64,000 nucleotides of DNA, taken from positions 224,001-288,000 of the forward strand of contig CAXXWC010000019.1 in assembly GCA_963668645.2 (NCBI GenBank), in the 5' to 3' direction. Both the position numbers and the translations under genes were made by a program. The stretch is from Desulfobacterales bacterium (GTDB taxonomy: Bacteria > Desulfobacterota > Desulfobacteria > Desulfobacterales > UBA2174). Within the stretch, counting starts at the first letter, position 1; each line of letters starts with the position of its first letter. Below are positions 48,181 through 60,513 of this stretch, one piece after another. The notes beneath the pieces are model-generated. The model worked only from the letters and a program-made list of their open reading frames with translations. It made no database searches and was not told the DNA's origin.

Positions 48181-49596
48181 TCAGGTCTCGGCCTCGGCCA
48201 CGGCTTGAAGGTACTTGACGGCCTGATGCAACCGGGCCAGGGTCTTTTCGCGTCCCAGGGCCTCGATGGTCTCGAAAATCCCCGGGCTGGCCGTGCGCCC
48301 GGTGAGCGCCAGGCGCACCGGCTGGGCGATCTTGCCCAGCTTGAGCCCGGTGGCGTCCATGACCGCGGTAAAGGCCGCTTCGAGGGCCGCTTCGCTGAAC
48401 TCGGGGATCTTTTCCAAGGCTGCGGCCAGCCGCTGCATCGGGTCGAGGGTCGCCGGCTTGAACAGCTTCTTGGCGGCCGCAGGATCGTAAGAGACCTCTT
48501 CTTCGAAGTAGAAACGGGCCTGCTCGGCCATCTCTTCCAGGGTCTTGCTGCGCGGCTGCAAGGATCGGATCACCCGGGCCAAAGACGGCACATCGCCGGC
48601 CGCCAGCCCGCTGCGCGCCAGGATCGGCTCGAGGTGGGGCACCAGGGCCTCCGGGCCGTTGGCCTGGATATGATCCGCATTGAGGGCCTGGAGCTTGGCC
48701 AAGTCGAAAACCCCGGCCGAGCGGCCGATGTTTTCCAGGGTGAACTTTTCGATCAGCTCCCGGCGGGTGAAAAACTCCTGGTCCCCGCAGGACCACCCCA
48801 GCCGCACCAGATAATTGATAAAGGCGTCCGGCAGGTACCCCATGTCGCGGTAGGCCGTCACCGACATGGCGCCGTGGCGCTTGCTCAAGCGGGTCCGGTC
48901 CGGCCCCAACACCATGGGCACATGGGCGAATACGGGCAGCCGGGCCCCCAGGGCACGGTAGATCTGGATCTGCTTGGGGGTGTTCATCACGTGGTCGTCG
49001 CCGCGGATCACGCTGTTGATCCCCATGGTGATGTCGTCCACCACCACCACGAAGTTGTAGGTGGGCATCCCGTCGCTGCGCACCAGCACGAAGTCGTCCA
49101 GTTCGCTGTTCTGGAAAACGATGCTCCCCTTGACCACGTCGTCCAGAACCGTGGTGCCGGTCGCCGGAGCGCGAAAGCGCAGCACCGCCCCGGGCTGGGG
49201 GCCGAGCCCGCGCTCGCGGCAGGTACCGTCGTAGCGGGGGTTGGCGCCGGCCGCCGTGGCCCGGCGGCGCATCTCCTCCACCGCTTCAGGGCTGCACGTG
49301 CAATAGTAGGCATGGCCCGCCTCGTAGAGGCGCCGCGCGTAGTCGAGATAGATCTCGATACGCTGGGACTGGAAATAGGGCCCGTCGTCCCAATCGATCT
49401 CGAGCCAGCGCAGGGCTTCAAAAATGGCGTCCACCGAGGCCTGGGTGGAGCGTACCGTGTCGGTGTCCTCGATGCGCAGCACGAAGCGCCCGCCGGTATG
49501 GCGGGCGTAAAGCCAGTTGAAAAGGGCGGTGCGAGCCCCGCCCACATGCAAGTATCCGGTTGGGCTGGGGGGGAAACGGGTAACGATGGGATCCAT
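48181..49596 (-). CDS. gltX: Glutamate--tRNA ligase
   Basis: RFPPSPTGYLHVGGARTALFN, LRIEDTD, RLSKRHG. Confidence 0.97.
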   Translation of the reverse strand: MDPIVTRFPPSPTGYLHVGGARTALFNWLYARHTGGRFVLRIEDTDTVRSTQASVDAIFEALRWLEIDWDDGPYFQSQRIEIYLDYARRLYEAGHAYYCTCSPEAVEEMRRRATAAGANPRYDGTCRERGLGPQPGAVLRFRAPATGTTVLDDVVKGSIVFQNSELDDFVLVRSDGMPTYNFVVVVDDITMGINSVIRGDDHVMNTPKQIQIYRALGARLPVFAHVPMVLGPDRTRLSKRHGAMSVTAYRDMGYLPDAFINYLVRLGWSCGDQEFFTRRELIEKFTLENIGRSAGVFDLAKLQALNADHIQANGPEALVPHLEPILARSGLAAGDVPSLARVIRSLQPRSKTLEEMAEQARFYFEEEVSYDPAAAKKLFKPATLDPMQRLAAALEKIPEFSEAALEAAFTAVMDATGLKLGKIAQPVRLALTGRTASPGIFETIEALGREKTLARLHQAVKYLQAVAEAET

Positions 49597-49885
49597 GGCG
49601 ACCTTTCAATATCGACGGATTTGCGCGCCGCCGGTCCAGATTGCCGGCCGGCGCTGCAAACCGGCGTTCTATTTGTTATACTGCCCTTCGGACCTGAGCA
49701 GTGCGGCCGGTTCATACCGTTCGCCGGTCGGTGCCCTGATAGCACATCCGTCCGGTCATAACAACAAGACCGCAATGATTGCAGGGAAATCCCTTGACAA
49801 GCCAGGGGGATTTCATTAGTAACAAGTCGCCCGCTTGCGGGCATTTTCTGTTTAAAAAACCAATTCAGTCAGTTAGGAGAACAAT

Positions 49886-50065
49886 ATGGCCGTACCCAAG
49901 CATAAAACATCCAAATCCAAACGGGACATGCGCCGCACGCATAAGAAAACCGCTGCACCCAATGTGGTACCGTGCCCCCAGTGCGGTGAAAAACGCCTGC
50001 CGCATCATGCCTGTCCTGCTTGCGGCAGCTACAAGGGCCGCAGCATCACGGAAAGCGAGGAATGA
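49886..50065 (+). CDS. rpmF: 50S ribosomal protein L32
   Basis: [35 protein letters not shown] (59 aa, absent from the ORF track). Confidence 0.96.
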   Translation: MAVPKHKTSKSKRDMRRTHKKTAAPNVVPCPQCGEKRLPHHACPACGSYKGRSITESEE

Positions 50066-50190
50066 CCTGATCCGGCGCCCCTCGCCCAGAATGTAGATTG
50101 CGTGGTTCCCGCCGTTGATCAAGTCTTCGAAACGGCGGTCTCCAATCTCCTCGTAGGCGCATCTTCGTTGCCTGAGCGACCGAGCCACCA

Positions 50191-50940
50191 ATGGGTGAAG
50201 ATTTACATCGCACAGTCGCCGTGACCGGCGGATCCAGGGGCATCGGCAGAGCGGTCTGCCTGGCCTTGGCCGAGACCGGTGCGTCGATCTTTTTCAGCTA
50301 CCGCCAGAATGCTGCCGCCGCCGAACAAACCGAAAAGGAATGCCTGAGCCGCGGAGCCCGGCGTGCCGTAGCGGTGGCCGCCGATGTCTGCGATCCGCAG
50401 GCCGTGAAGGCTTTTTTCGACCGGGCCGTGGATGAAAGCGGAAGCCTCGACGTTCTGGTGTGCAATGCGGGCATCAACCGTGACGGGTTGATCCTTCGTA
50501 TGGGCCAGGAGGCCTGGGACACGGTCATCGCCACCAACCTGACCGGAGCCTTTCATTGCACCAAGGCCGCCGCCCGCGTCATGATCCGCCAGCGCAGGGG
50601 CCGCATCATTCTGATCTCCTCGGTGGCCGGTGTGGCCGGCAACGCCGGACAGGCCAACTATGCGGCGGCCAAGGCCGGTCTTCTGGGCCTGACTAAATCC
50701 CTGGCCCGGGAACTGGCCCCGCGGCATATTACCGTCAACGCCGTGGCTCCCGGTTTGATCGAAACCGAGATGACCGCCGCCATGAATGGTACTGCCCGGC
50801 AAGCGGCCCTGACCACCGTCCCTCTGGGCCGGATAGGCCGGGCGGCCGAGGTGGCGGCGGCGGTCCGCTTTCTGGCCTCGGAGGACGCCGGCTATATCAC
50901 CGGTCAGACCCTTCACGTAAACGGCGGCATGTACATGTGA
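50191..50940 (+). CDS. fabG: 3-oxoacyl-ACP reductase
   Basis: [29 protein letters not shown]. Confidence 0.93.
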   Translation: MGEDLHRTVAVTGGSRGIGRAVCLALAETGASIFFSYRQNAAAAEQTEKECLSRGARRAVAVAADVCDPQAVKAFFDRAVDESGSLDVLVCNAGINRDGLILRMGQEAWDTVIATNLTGAFHCTKAAARVMIRQRRGRIILISSVAGVAGNAGQANYAAAKAGLLGLTKSLARELAPRHITVNAVAPGLIETEMTAAMNGTARQAALTTVPLGRIGRAAEVAAAVRFLASEDAGYITGQTLHVNGGMYM

Positions 50941-50995
50941 TCCATCCCGTCCACCTTCACTGCCAGTATCGATTGTCACAAGACCAGGAGGAAAC

Positions 50996-51223
50996 ATGTC
51001 CGTTCAAGACAAGGTAAAGAAAATCATCGCCGAGAAACTCGGCGTGGATGCGTCGGATGTCGTACCCCAAGCCTCATTTATCGACGATCTGGGGGCCGAC
51101 TCCCTCGATTTGGTCGAACTGATCATGTCGATGGAAGAGGCCTTCGAGATTGAAATTTCGGACGAAGACGCCGAAAAGCTCAAAACGGTTCAGGATGCCA
51201 TCGACTATATCAACAGCCACTGA
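50996..51223 (+). CDS. acpP: Acyl carrier protein
   Basis: [14 protein letters not shown]. Confidence 0.97.
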   Translation: MSVQDKVKKIIAEKLGVDASDVVPQASFIDDLGADSLDLVELIMSMEEAFEIEISDEDAEKLKTVQDAIDYINSH

Positions 51224-51301
51224 ACAAAAAAACACCGCACTGAACCGCCGGCCAGCCCCGATTCCACCGGCCAGTGTCTTGTGCGGAGCCGGTAGCTGCC
51301 C

Positions 51302-52543
51302 ATGGGCGTACGGGTCGTTATAACCGGAATCGGACTGGTCACCCCCCTGGGCATCGGCACCGGACCGACGTGGGACGGCCTTTGCCAGGGGCGATCGGGG
51401 ATCGGGCCGATCACCCGCTTTGATGCCTCCCATTTCCAAACCCGCATCGCAGGAGAGGTCAGGGGATTTGCGGCCAACGATTTTCTGCCGCGCAAGCTGG
51501 CCGCCAAAGCCCAGTCTTTCGTGGCCTTTGCCTGCGCCGCAGCCCGCATGGCCCTGAAAGACGCCCGCCTGACCATCGATGCTTCCGCAGCGGAAAACAC
51601 CGGGGTGGTGGTCGGCTCCGGAATGGGTGGTCTTTCCCTGCTGGAAGAAACCTTCCAGGTGATCTCCGACCGCGGCCCCGGGCGGGTCAGCCCTTTTTTT
51701 GTCCCCATGATGATCTCCAACATGGCGCCGGGGATGATCTCGATCCTTTTCGGGGTCCGTGGCGCCAACCTCTCGGTCACCACCGCCTGTGCCTCCGGGG
51801 CCCATGCCATAGGCGAGGCGGCGGCCATGATCCGCCGCGGCAGCCTGACGGCGGCCATCGCCGGCGGCACCGAAGCGGTGGTGGCGCCCACCTGCATCGC
51901 CGGCTTCAACGCCATGAAGGCCCTCTCGACCCGCAACCACGACCCCCAGAAGGCCTCCCGCCCCTTTGACAGGGATCGAGACGGCTTCGTGGTGGCCGAA
52001 GGCGCCGGCATCGTAATCCTGGAAACGCTGGAGCAGGCCCTTGCCCGGGGCGCTTCGATCTACGCCGAAGTTGCCGGCTACGGCCTCAGCAGCGACGCTT
52101 TTCATCTGGCCCAGCCGGCCCCGGACGGCGGGGGGGCGATCCGCTGCATGCGCTCGGCCCTGGCCGATGCGGGCCTTGATCCGGCCGCCATCCGATACAT
52201 CAACGCCCACGGCACCGGCACCCCCCTGAACGACACGCTGGAAACCGAGGCCATCAAGACGGTCTTCGGCCCCCATGCCGCCCGGATCGCAGTCAGTTCC
52301 ACCAAGTCGATGACCGGCCACCTGCTCGGGGCTGCAGGCGGCGTCGAAACCGCCATTACCGCCCTGGCCATTCACCACGGGACCATACCGCCCACCATCA
52401 ACCTCGATCATCCCGACCCGACCTGCGACCTCGACTACGTGCCCCACACGGCGCGTTCGGCAACGATCGAAGCGGCCATGACCAACAGCTTCGGCTTCGG
52501 CGGCACCAATGCCTGCCTGGTGCTGAAGTCCTTGCGGCGGTAA
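51302..52543 (+). CDS. fabF: Beta-ketoacyl-ACP synthase II
   Basis: [30 protein letters not shown]. Confidence 0.95.
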   Translation: MGVRVVITGIGLVTPLGIGTGPTWDGLCQGRSGIGPITRFDASHFQTRIAGEVRGFAANDFLPRKLAAKAQSFVAFACAAARMALKDARLTIDASAAENTGVVVGSGMGGLSLLEETFQVISDRGPGRVSPFFVPMMISNMAPGMISILFGVRGANLSVTTACASGAHAIGEAAAMIRRGSLTAAIAGGTEAVVAPTCIAGFNAMKALSTRNHDPQKASRPFDRDRDGFVVAEGAGIVILETLEQALARGASIYAEVAGYGLSSDAFHLAQPAPDGGGAIRCMRSALADAGLDPAAIRYINAHGTGTPLNDTLETEAIKTVFGPHAARIAVSSTKSMTGHLLGAAGGVETAITALAIHHGTIPPTINLDHPDPTCDLDYVPHTARSATIEAAMTNSFGFGGTNACLVLKSLRR

Positions 52544-52634
52544 GGTTTAGGCTTGTCCTCCGGCTGTGGTTTGGATAAAGAAAGAGCTTGAAAGCTTAAA
52601 GCCTAACGTTTCACCTCCCCAATAAGGACGCTCA

Positions 52635-53081
52635 ATGCAACCATCCGCTATCATCATCGGATCCGACCATGCAGCCTGGCCCTTGAAAAACCGGGTCAAA
52701 GAATACCTCCTTCAACGTGGCATAGAGGTGGAAGATGCCGGCCCTCAGATCGAAACCGCCTCGGACTATCCCGAATACGGCATGGCCGTGGCGCGCCGGG
52801 TGGCCAGCGGGGAGTTTACCCGCGGCATTCTGATGTGCGGAACCGGACTGGGCATGTCCATGGTGGCCAACCGGTTTGGCGGCGTGCGCGCCGCCCTGTG
52901 CAGCGAGCCGTTGAGCGCCGCCATGAGCCGGCGCCACAACGATGCCAACATCCTGGTGATGGGCGGGCGGATGATCGGCGAGGTCATGGCCCTGGAGATC
53001 GTGCAGGTCTGGCTCGAAACCGAATTCGAGGGTGACCGGCACCAACGCCGCATCGCGATGTTCGACCGGATCGGTGCTTGA
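52635..53081 (+). CDS. rpiB: Ribose-5-phosphate isomerase B
   Basis: [28 protein letters not shown]. Confidence 0.95.
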   Translation: MQPSAIIIGSDHAAWPLKNRVKEYLLQRGIEVEDAGPQIETASDYPEYGMAVARRVASGEFTRGILMCGTGLGMSMVANRFGGVRAALCSEPLSAAMSRRHNDANILVMGGRMIGEVMALEIVQVWLETEFEGDRHQRRIAMFDRIGA

Positions 53082-53134
53082 AGCACCTTGATCCGGACAT
53101 CTTGAACCGATCCATACACGCAAGGAAACCACCT

Positions 53135-54403
53135 TTGGAAACTGAACGACTCGAACAGGTGGACCCGGAGATCTGGCACGCCATCGGCCTCGAACTTGAA
53201 CGCCAGCAGACCACCCTGGAAATGATCGCCTCGGAAAACATCGCCAGCCCGGCGGTGATGGCGGCCCAGGGGAGCGTGATGACCAACAAGTACGCCGAAG
53301 GCTATCCGGCCCGGCGCTACTACGGCGGATGTGAATTCGTCGACCAGGCCGAATCGTTGGCCATCGAACGGGTCCAGGCCCTTTTCGGCGCTGAATACGC
53401 CAACGTCCAGCCCCACAGCGGATCACAGGCCAACATGGCCGTCTACTTCGCGCTGCTGGAACCCGGAGACACGATCCTGGGCATGGATCTGGCCCACGGC
53501 GGGCACCTGACCCACGGCAGCCCGGTGAGTTTCTCGGGGCGGCTTTTCAAATTCATGCACTACGGGGTCGACCCCGAAACCGGCCGCATCGACTACGCCC
53601 AGCTCGACCGGCTGGCCCAACGCCACCGGCCCCGCATGATCGTAGCCGGGGCCAGCGCCTATCCGCGCATCATCGATTTTGCCGCCATGGCCCGCACGGC
53701 AGCGGAGGTGGGCGCCTTTTTGATGGTGGACATGGCCCACATCGCCGGGCTGGTGGCCGCCGAAGTCCACCCCTCCCCCCTGCCCCATGCCGATGTGGTC
53801 ACCTCCACCACCCACAAGACGTTGCGCGGCCCCCGGGGCGGGCTGATCCTGGCACGGCGCGAGCACGGCGCTGCGCTGAACAAACAGGTTTTCCCCGGAA
53901 TCCAGGGCGGCCCCCTGATGCACGTCATCGCGGCCAAGGCCGTGGCTTTCAAGCAGGCCATGGGCGAAGGGTTCCGCCAATACCAGCAGCAGACGGTGCA
54001 AAACGCCCGGCACCTGGCCGCCGCCCTGGTCGACCGGGGGGTCGATCTGATCTCGGGCGGAACGGACAATCACATGATGCTGGCCGACCTGCGCCGTCTG
54101 AAGGTCACCGGCAAGGCGGCCCAGGCAGCCCTGGAACAGGCCGGCATCACGGTGAACAAAAACGCCATCCCCTTCGATCCCCTGGGGCCCCTGGTGACCA
54201 GCGGCATCCGCATCGGCACTCCGGCCCTGACCACCCGGGGGATGGGGCGAGCGGAAATGGAGGCCATCGCCGAAATGATGGTCGAAGTCCTGCGACATCC
54301 CGAGGACGATGCCCGCCTGGGGCGAATCCGCGATAAGGTGCGCCGGCTCTGCGAGCGTTTTCCCATCTATCCCCACCTCGGCCCTGACAGGCCGGTGGTA
54401 TGA
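53135..54403 (+). CDS. glyA: Serine hydroxymethyltransferase
   Basis: [28 protein letters not shown] start after aagga. Confidence 0.96.
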   Translation: METERLEQVDPEIWHAIGLELERQQTTLEMIASENIASPAVMAAQGSVMTNKYAEGYPARRYYGGCEFVDQAESLAIERVQALFGAEYANVQPHSGSQANMAVYFALLEPGDTILGMDLAHGGHLTHGSPVSFSGRLFKFMHYGVDPETGRIDYAQLDRLAQRHRPRMIVAGASAYPRIIDFAAMARTAAEVGAFLMVDMAHIAGLVAAEVHPSPLPHADVVTSTTHKTLRGPRGGLILARREHGAALNKQVFPGIQGGPLMHVIAAKAVAFKQAMGEGFRQYQQQTVQNARHLAAALVDRGVDLISGGTDNHMMLADLRRLKVTGKAAQAALEQAGITVNKNAIPFDPLGPLVTSGIRIGTPALTTRGMGRAEMEAIAEMMVEVLRHPEDDARLGRIRDKVRRLCERFPIYPHLGPDRPVV

Positions 54404-54410
54404 GAATCGA

Positions 54411-54911
54411 ATGATGACTGCCTCCGCCCCGGCGCCGCGCCCTTCCTGGGACACGTATTTCATGGACATCACAAGCCTCGTGGCCCGGCGGTCCACCTGC
54501 GTGCGACGGGCGGTTGGCGCGGTGGTGGTCAAGAACAAGCGCATCCTGGCCACCGGCTACAACGGGGCGCCCACCGGGGTAGCCCACTGCGCCGAAACCG
54601 GTTGCCTGCGCACGCAGCTACAGGTTCCGTCCGGAGAACGCCATGAGCTGTGCCGCGGGATACATGCCGAACAGAACGCCATCATTCAAGCGGCTTATCA
54701 CGGGGTCAGCATCAACGGCGCCACGCTCTACTGCACCAACCTGCCGTGCAGCATCTGCGCCAAGATGATCATCAATGCGGGCATCCAGACCATCGTCTAT
54801 CTTTCCGGGTACGCCGACCCCATGAGCGAGGCCATGCTCCGGGAAGCCGGTGTGACCGTTCGGCGTTTCGAAACGGAGGCACCGGCCCCGGCCGGGGAAG
54901 GAGGGTCTTGA
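54411..54911 (+). CDS. Deoxycytidylate deaminase family protein
   Basis: [26 protein letters not shown]. Confidence 0.9.
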   Translation: MMTASAPAPRPSWDTYFMDITSLVARRSTCVRRAVGAVVVKNKRILATGYNGAPTGVAHCAETGCLRTQLQVPSGERHELCRGIHAEQNAIIQAAYHGVSINGATLYCTNLPCSICAKMIINAGIQTIVYLSGYADPMSEAMLREAGVTVRRFETEAPAPAGEGGS

Positions 54912-55372
54912 TGAAGTGCCCTTTTTGCGGTGAATCCGAGGACAAGGTAATCGATTCGCGCCTGAGCAAAAACGCCATGGAGATCCGCCGCCGCCGGGAA
55001 TGCATCGAGTGCGGCCGGCGTTTTACCACTTATGAGCGCATCGAGGAAATGCCGCTCATGATCCTCAAAAAGGATGGGCGGCGCGAAGAATTTTCCCGCG
55101 ACAAGGTCCGCAGCGGGATCCAGAAGGCCTGCGAAAAGCTCGACATCAGCGTCAATGAGATCGAGGAGTTTCTCGACGATCTGGAACGCGACCTGAAGGA
55201 GACCGGCGAAAAGGAAATCCCTGCGGCCAAGGTGGGCGAAAGCGTCATGGCCTGGCTGCACCGCCAGAACGACATCGCCTACGTGCGATTCGCCTCGGTC
55301 TACCGCGAATTCAGGGATGTCAACGATTTCGTTTCCGAACTGCGCCGGCTGCTGGCCAAGCAGTCCACCTGA
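54911..55372 (+). CDS. nrdR: Transcriptional repressor NrdR
   Basis: [32 protein letters not shown]. Confidence 0.97.
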   Translation: MKCPFCGESEDKVIDSRLSKNAMEIRRRRECIECGRRFTTYERIEEMPLMILKKDGRREEFSRDKVRSGIQKACEKLDISVNEIEEFLDDLERDLKETGEKEIPAAKVGESVMAWLHRQNDIAYVRFASVYREFRDVNDFVSELRRLLAKQST

Positions 55373-55381
55373 CAGGCCTTC

Positions 55382-56503
55382 ATGACCCAGCGCGACACCG
55401 ACTACATGCAAACGGCCCTGCAACTGGCGGCCCTCGGGGCGGGCACCACCCGTCCCAATCCCATGGTGGGCGCCGTGGTGGTACGCGGGGACCGGATCGT
55501 GGGCCGCGGCTACCATCAACGTGCCGGCGGTCCCCACGCCGAGGTACTGGCCATCGAGGAGGCAGGCGACCTGGCCGCCGGGGCGACGATCTATGTGACC
55601 CTGGAGCCGTGCAACCACTTCGGCCGCACCCCGCCATGCACCGAAAAGATTCTATCGGCCGGAATCCGCCGCGTGGTGGCGGCCATGCTCGACCCGAATC
55701 CCAACGTGGCCGGTCAAGGCTGCGCGCGGCTCCAGACCGCCGGTTTGACGGTGGAAACCGGCCTGTGCGCAGAGGCGGCGGCCCGGCTCAACGAGGCCTG
55801 GATCAAGTTCATCCGCACCGGCTCCCCATTTCTGGTTTACAAGTGCGCGGCCACCCTCGACGGGCAGATCGCCACGGCCGGCGGCGACAGCCGCTGGGTC
55901 ACCGGCCCCGAAGCGCGGGCACGGGTGCACCGGCTGCGCACGACCATGGACGCCATCATGGTCGGAATCGGCACGGTGCTCAAGGATGACCCGCAGCTCA
56001 CGGCCCGGTTGCCGGACGGCAGCGGGTGCGATCCGGTGCGCATCGTGCTCGACACCCGGCTGCGCATGCCCGCCTCGGCGCGCATGCTTCAGCTTGACTC
56101 GCCGGCCGGGACCCTTATCATATGCGACCGGGAAGCCGATCCAACCCGGGGCCGTGAACTGGAAAAAGCCGGGGCCGAAGTTCTATGCTGCCCGATTCAC
56201 GAAGAGGGCATCGATCTGGCGGCCCTCATGCCTCTTTTGGGCCGACGTGGAATCACCAGCGTGCTGCTCGAAGGCGGCGGCCGGGTGGGGGCTGCAGCCA
56301 TCAAGGCCGGGGTGGTGGACAAAATCATGTTTTTCTACGCGCCCAAACTGCTGGCCGGAAACGACGGGGTGCCGATCTGCAGCGGGCCGGGGGTGCCGCG
56401 CATGGCCGAAGCGCTGGCGGTGCACGGGATGCAAATCGAACCTCTGGGCGCGGACATCCTTGTCTGCGGGTACCTGAAACCCGGCCCCCATGGGAACGGA
56501 TAG
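55382..56503 (+). CDS. ribD: Riboflavin biosynthesis deaminase/reductase
   Basis: PNPMVG, HAE, TLEPCNHFGRTPPC, LLEGG. Confidence 0.96.
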   Translation: MTQRDTDYMQTALQLAALGAGTTRPNPMVGAVVVRGDRIVGRGYHQRAGGPHAEVLAIEEAGDLAAGATIYVTLEPCNHFGRTPPCTEKILSAGIRRVVAAMLDPNPNVAGQGCARLQTAGLTVETGLCAEAAARLNEAWIKFIRTGSPFLVYKCAATLDGQIATAGGDSRWVTGPEARARVHRLRTTMDAIMVGIGTVLKDDPQLTARLPDGSGCDPVRIVLDTRLRMPASARMLQLDSPAGTLIICDREADPTRGRELEKAGAEVLCCPIHEEGIDLAALMPLLGRRGITSVLLEGGGRVGAAAIKAGVVDKIMFFYAPKLLAGNDGVPICSGPGVPRMAEALAVHGMQIEPLGADILVCGYLKPGPHGNG

Positions 56504-56504
56504 C

Positions 56505-57167
56505 ATGTTTACCGGTATTATCGAAGGTCTCGGCCAGGTCACGGCCCACACACCCGGCGCAGAGGGGCTTCGCCTGGAAATCGGCGCCGATTTCGATCTG
56601 GAGCGCACCCGCATCGGCGACAGCATCGCGGTCAACGGGGCCTGTCTGACGGTGGTGGCGCTCTTTGGGCGCCGCTTCAGGGCGGATGTATCGCCGGAAA
56701 CCCGCGCCTGCACGGGCCTGGGACAGCTGAAAATCGGCGAGCGCGTTAACCTGGAGCGCGCCTTGCGCCTTTCGGACCGGGTCGACGGCCACCTGGTCTC
56801 GGGCCACGTGGACGGGCAGGGCCGGATCGTCACGCGCCGCCCGGAGGGCAATGCCGTGGTGGTGGAAATCGCGCTGGACGAAGCCCAGGCACGCCACCTG
56901 ATCCCCAAAGGATCGGTGGCCGTCGACGGGATCAGCCTGACGGTGAACCGTTGCGCCGAGAATCGATTCTGGGTCAGCATCATCCCGCACACGGCCGCGT
57001 TGACGACGATCGGCTTCAAGCCCATCGGGGCCGCCGTCAACATCGAAACCGACATGATCGGAAAATACGTGGAACGATTTTTGACTTCCCGGCGAGGCGG
57101 CACTGAAGACGAACCGCCCGCCAAGGGGGTCAGCCTCGACTTGCTGGCGCGCTCCGGCTACTTGTGA
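56505..57167 (+). CDS. ribE: Riboflavin synthase (alpha chain)
   Basis: MFTGIIE, GDSIAVNGACLT, GHLVSGHVDG. Confidence 0.95.
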   Translation: MFTGIIEGLGQVTAHTPGAEGLRLEIGADFDLERTRIGDSIAVNGACLTVVALFGRRFRADVSPETRACTGLGQLKIGERVNLERALRLSDRVDGHLVSGHVDGQGRIVTRRPEGNAVVVEIALDEAQARHLIPKGSVAVDGISLTVNRCAENRFWVSIIPHTAALTTIGFKPIGAAVNIETDMIGKYVERFLTSRRGGTEDEPPAKGVSLDLLARSGYL

Positions 57168-57315
57168 GCGGGCCGGCCATCGCTAAAGCCTTGACAGGCT
57201 AGACCCCCTGACATAGAAAAGATACCTTTCATCCACCGTCGGTCTTACCTGGCGGCCGGAAACGATTTTCGGCCGGCGCCGGCGTTGACGCGTTCAAGGA
57301 GCAATCGAAAATCCC

Positions 57316-58533
57316 ATGGGAACCATTTCGATCGAACAGGCCATCGAGGAAATCCGTGCCGGGCGCATGGTTATCCTGGTGGACGACGAGGACCGGGAAA
57401 ACGAGGGGGATCTTTGCCTGGCGGCCGAGAAGGTCACCCCCGAAGCGATCAACTTCATGGCCAAGTACGGACGCGGCCTGATCTGCCTTTCCTTGACGGG
57501 CGAAACCTGCGATCGGCTCGAGCTGCCGTTTATGGTGGAACACAACACCTCCCCTTTTGAAACCGGGTTTACCGTCTCCATCGAGGCGGCCAAGGGTGTG
57601 ACCACCGGGATCAGCGCGGCCGACCGGGCCACCACCGTGCGCACGGCGGTGGCCGACAACGCCGGCCCCCAGGACTTGGTGCGGCCCGGGCACATCTTCC
57701 CACTGCGCGCCCGCGAGGGCGGCGTGATGGTGCGTGTGGGCCAGACCGAGGGGTCGGTGGACCTGGCCCGTCTGGCCGGGCTCAAACCGGCCGGAGTGAT
57801 CTGCGAAATCATGGACGAAGACGGGACCATGGCACGCATGCCGGCTCTGGAAAAATTCAGCCAGCGCCATGGCATCGGCATCTGCACCATCGCCGACCTG
57901 GTCGCCTACCGGGTGCGCAACGAGTCTTTCGTCAGAAGGGCGGCCGAAACCGAAATCCCCACCCTCTACGGGGGCGACTTCAAAATCATGGCTTTCGAGT
58001 GCGCCCTGGACGGCCTGACCCACATCGCCCTGGTCAAGGGAGAAATCGATCGCGAAAAACCGGTTCTGGTCCGGGTTCATTCCGAGTGCATGACCGGCGA
58101 CATCTTCGGCTCCCGGCGCTGCGATTGCGGCGACCAGTTGCACAAGGCCATGGAACAGATCGACAAAGAGGGCTGCGGGGTGATTCTCTACCTGCGCCAG
58201 GAGGGCCGCGGGATCGGCCTGGTGAACAAGCTCAAGGCCTACGCGCTGCAAAAAGAGGGCCTGGATACGGTAGAGGCCAACCTCAAGCTGGGATTCAAGG
58301 ACGATCTGCGCGATTACGGCATCGGGGCCCAGATGCTGCGCAACATCGGGGTGCGCAAGATGCGCCTGCTGACCAACAACCCGAAGAAAATCGTCGGGCT
58401 GGAGGGCTACGGGTTGAGCATCGTCGAACAGGTGCCCATCGAAGTGCCCCCCAACGACTTCAACCGCTGCTATCTGGAGTGCAAGAAGCTCAAGATGGGC
58501 CACCTGCTCAAGATGCCGGCCAGAAGGCAATAA
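57316..58533 (+). CDS. ribBA: DHBP synthase / GTP cyclohydrolase II
   Basis: [42 protein letters not shown]. Confidence 0.96.
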   Translation: MGTISIEQAIEEIRAGRMVILVDDEDRENEGDLCLAAEKVTPEAINFMAKYGRGLICLSLTGETCDRLELPFMVEHNTSPFETGFTVSIEAAKGVTTGISAADRATTVRTAVADNAGPQDLVRPGHIFPLRAREGGVMVRVGQTEGSVDLARLAGLKPAGVICEIMDEDGTMARMPALEKFSQRHGIGICTIADLVAYRVRNESFVRRAAETEIPTLYGGDFKIMAFECALDGLTHIALVKGEIDREKPVLVRVHSECMTGDIFGSRRCDCGDQLHKAMEQIDKEGCGVILYLRQEGRGIGLVNKLKAYALQKEGLDTVEANLKLGFKDDLRDYGIGAQMLRNIGVRKMRLLTNNPKKIVGLEGYGLSIVEQVPIEVPPNDFNRCYLECKKLKMGHLLKMPARRQ

Positions 58534-58571
58534 CCCCACGACCGCTGGAACGACTGAAAAGGAGGCACCGG

Positions 58572-59045
58572 ATGCCGAAGATCATCGAAGGGGGGCTCAA
58601 CGCCGAAGGGAAACGGTTTGCCCTGGTGGTCAGCCGGTTCAACGATTTTATCACCGAGAAGTTGACCTCAGGAGCCATGGATGCCTTGACCCGCTGCGGT
58701 GCGGATCCCGAAGCCATCGAAATCCTCAAGGTCCCGGGGGCCTTTGAGATCCCTCTCGTGGCCCAGAAAGTCGCGTCCGCCCGGCGCCATGACGCCGTCA
58801 TCTGCCTGGGCGCCGTGATCCGCGGTGCCACCCCGCATTTCGACTACGTCAGTGCCGAAGTCTCCAAGGGGATCGCCCAAGTGAGCCTGGCCAGCGGGGT
58901 CCCGGTAATCTTCGGCGTGGTGACCACCGACACCATCGAACAGGCCATTGAAAGGGCCGGCACCAAGGCCGGCAACAAGGGCTGGAGCGCCGCGATCAGC
59001 GCCGTGGAGATGGCCAACCTGCTTTCCAAGGTGGAACACGCCTAA
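58572..59045 (+). CDS. ribH: Lumazine synthase
   Basis: [30 protein letters not shown]. Confidence 0.96.
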   Translation: MPKIIEGGLNAEGKRFALVVSRFNDFITEKLTSGAMDALTRCGADPEAIEILKVPGAFEIPLVAQKVASARRHDAVICLGAVIRGATPHFDYVSAEVSKGIAQVSLASGVPVIFGVVTTDTIEQAIERAGTKAGNKGWSAAISAVEMANLLSKVEHA

Positions 59046-59612
59046 ATGGGAATCCGACGCCGGGCGAGAGAACTGGCCATGCAGGCCTTGTTTTTTATGG
59101 ACATGCGGCCGGATGCGGACGAAGAGGATCGCCTGGCCCTTTTTTGCCGGAGCTGCCCGCCGCCTAAAAAGTCCTACCCCCTTTTCCTGGAATTGGTCGA
59201 GGGGGTGCGCTGCTACCGGGACCAGATCGACCGGATCATCGAACGCTTCTCGAGCCACTGGAAAGTGGCCCGCATGGGCGGGGTGGATCGCAACGTGATG
59301 CGCGTGGCGATTTACGAACTGCTCTGCTGCGCCGACATCCCGCCCAAGGTCTCGATCAATGAGGCCATCGATATCGGCAAGAAGTACGGCACCGAAGAAT
59401 CGGGGGCCTTTATCAACGGCATCCTGGATGCGATCCACCTGGCCCTGGCCCAGGACGACGAGGGCATGAAGCTGCAGCCCCCTGCGGCCCCCGAACCCGC
59501 CCGCCAGGAGCCGGTTGTCCAGCCCGTTGCGGATCCGGCACCGTTATCCGAGACGGTTTCACGAGTTAAAATCCGCCAGGGCCTGGTGCGCCGGCGCAGC
59601 CAGCCTGAATGA
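59046..59612 (+). CDS. nusB: Transcription antitermination factor NusB
   Basis: RRRARELAMQAL, VSINEAIDIGKKYG, FINGILD. Confidence 0.95.
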   Translation: MGIRRRARELAMQALFFMDMRPDADEEDRLALFCRSCPPPKKSYPLFLELVEGVRCYRDQIDRIIERFSSHWKVARMGGVDRNVMRVAIYELLCCADIPPKVSINEAIDIGKKYGTEESGAFINGILDAIHLALAQDDEGMKLQPPAAPEPARQEPVVQPVADPAPLSETVSRVKIRQGLVRRRSQPE

Positions 59613-59628
59613 AAAATCGAGGTCCAAA

Positions 59629-60261
59629 ATGCTGATTGACACCTTACCGGTCGGGCCGATCATGGCCAACTGCTACATTGTCGGATGCGAAGAAACCCGC
59701 ACCGCCGCCGTCATCGACCCGGGCGACGAGGCCGAACGCATCCTGACCGAACTGGCGCGCCATGAGCTCCAGCTCGGGTACATTCTCAACACCCACGGCC
59801 ACTTCGACCACGTGGGCGGCAATCGCCGGCTCAAGGAGGCCACCGGCGCGCAGCTGTTGATCCACCGCCTGGATGCCCCCATGCTGTCGCAGCTGGACAC
59901 CGCGGCACGCATGTTCGGCCTGCGCTCGGAAAATTCACCGCCGCCGGACCGCACCCTGGAAGACGGGGATCATATCGCGGTCGGCACCCTCGATTTTACC
60001 GTGCTGCATACCCCGGGCCATACCCCCGGCGGGATCTGCTTCTACGGCCAGGGGGTGGTCTTTGCCGGCGACACCCTGTTTGCCGGGTCCATCGGACGGA
60101 CCGACTTTCCCGGCGGCGATTTCGACACCCTGATCACCAGCATCCGCCAGCGCCTTTTCGCCCTTCCCGAAGAGGTCAAAGTCCTGCCGGGCCACATGGG
60201 CCCCACCACCATTGGCCGGGAAAGGCATTACAATCCCTTCGTTGGCCTGCGGGCTTCCTGA
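59629..60261 (+). CDS. MBL-fold metallo-hydrolase (glyoxalase II-like)
   Basis: THGHFDHVG, HTPGHTPG, GDTLF, GRTD, PGH. Confidence 0.92.
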   Translation: MLIDTLPVGPIMANCYIVGCEETRTAAVIDPGDEAERILTELARHELQLGYILNTHGHFDHVGGNRRLKEATGAQLLIHRLDAPMLSQLDTAARMFGLRSENSPPPDRTLEDGDHIAVGTLDFTVLHTPGHTPGGICFYGQGVVFAGDTLFAGSIGRTDFPGGDFDTLITSIRQRLFALPEEVKVLPGHMGPTTIGRERHYNPFVGLRAS

Positions 60262-60513
60262 AGGCGGCAAAAAAGCCGCAATATCGTCGCACGGCGCCTC
60301 ACCGTCCAGGGCTCACCGGCCTGCCGCACCAGGGTATTTTCCTTGAACAAACCAGGCGGCTCTGTTACTTTCTGCCTGTCAGCCGGTGGCAAAAACGCGG
60401 CGTCATCGAATCGCCGGGCCACCCGCGGCAACGGCAAGGGGGCTGCCAGGACGCTCGACTTGTGCATGGACGGCCCGTAATGCCGAAACCAAGGAAACCT
60501 GTTCAGACCCCGC

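Noticed and set aside
43694..49761. Long alternative-frame ORFs (43694-45070, 43935-45545, 48133-49761; likewise 51074-52447, 57229-58539, 62358-63962)
   Set aside because: Shadow ORFs of high-GC genes overlapping well-supported CDSs; no motifs
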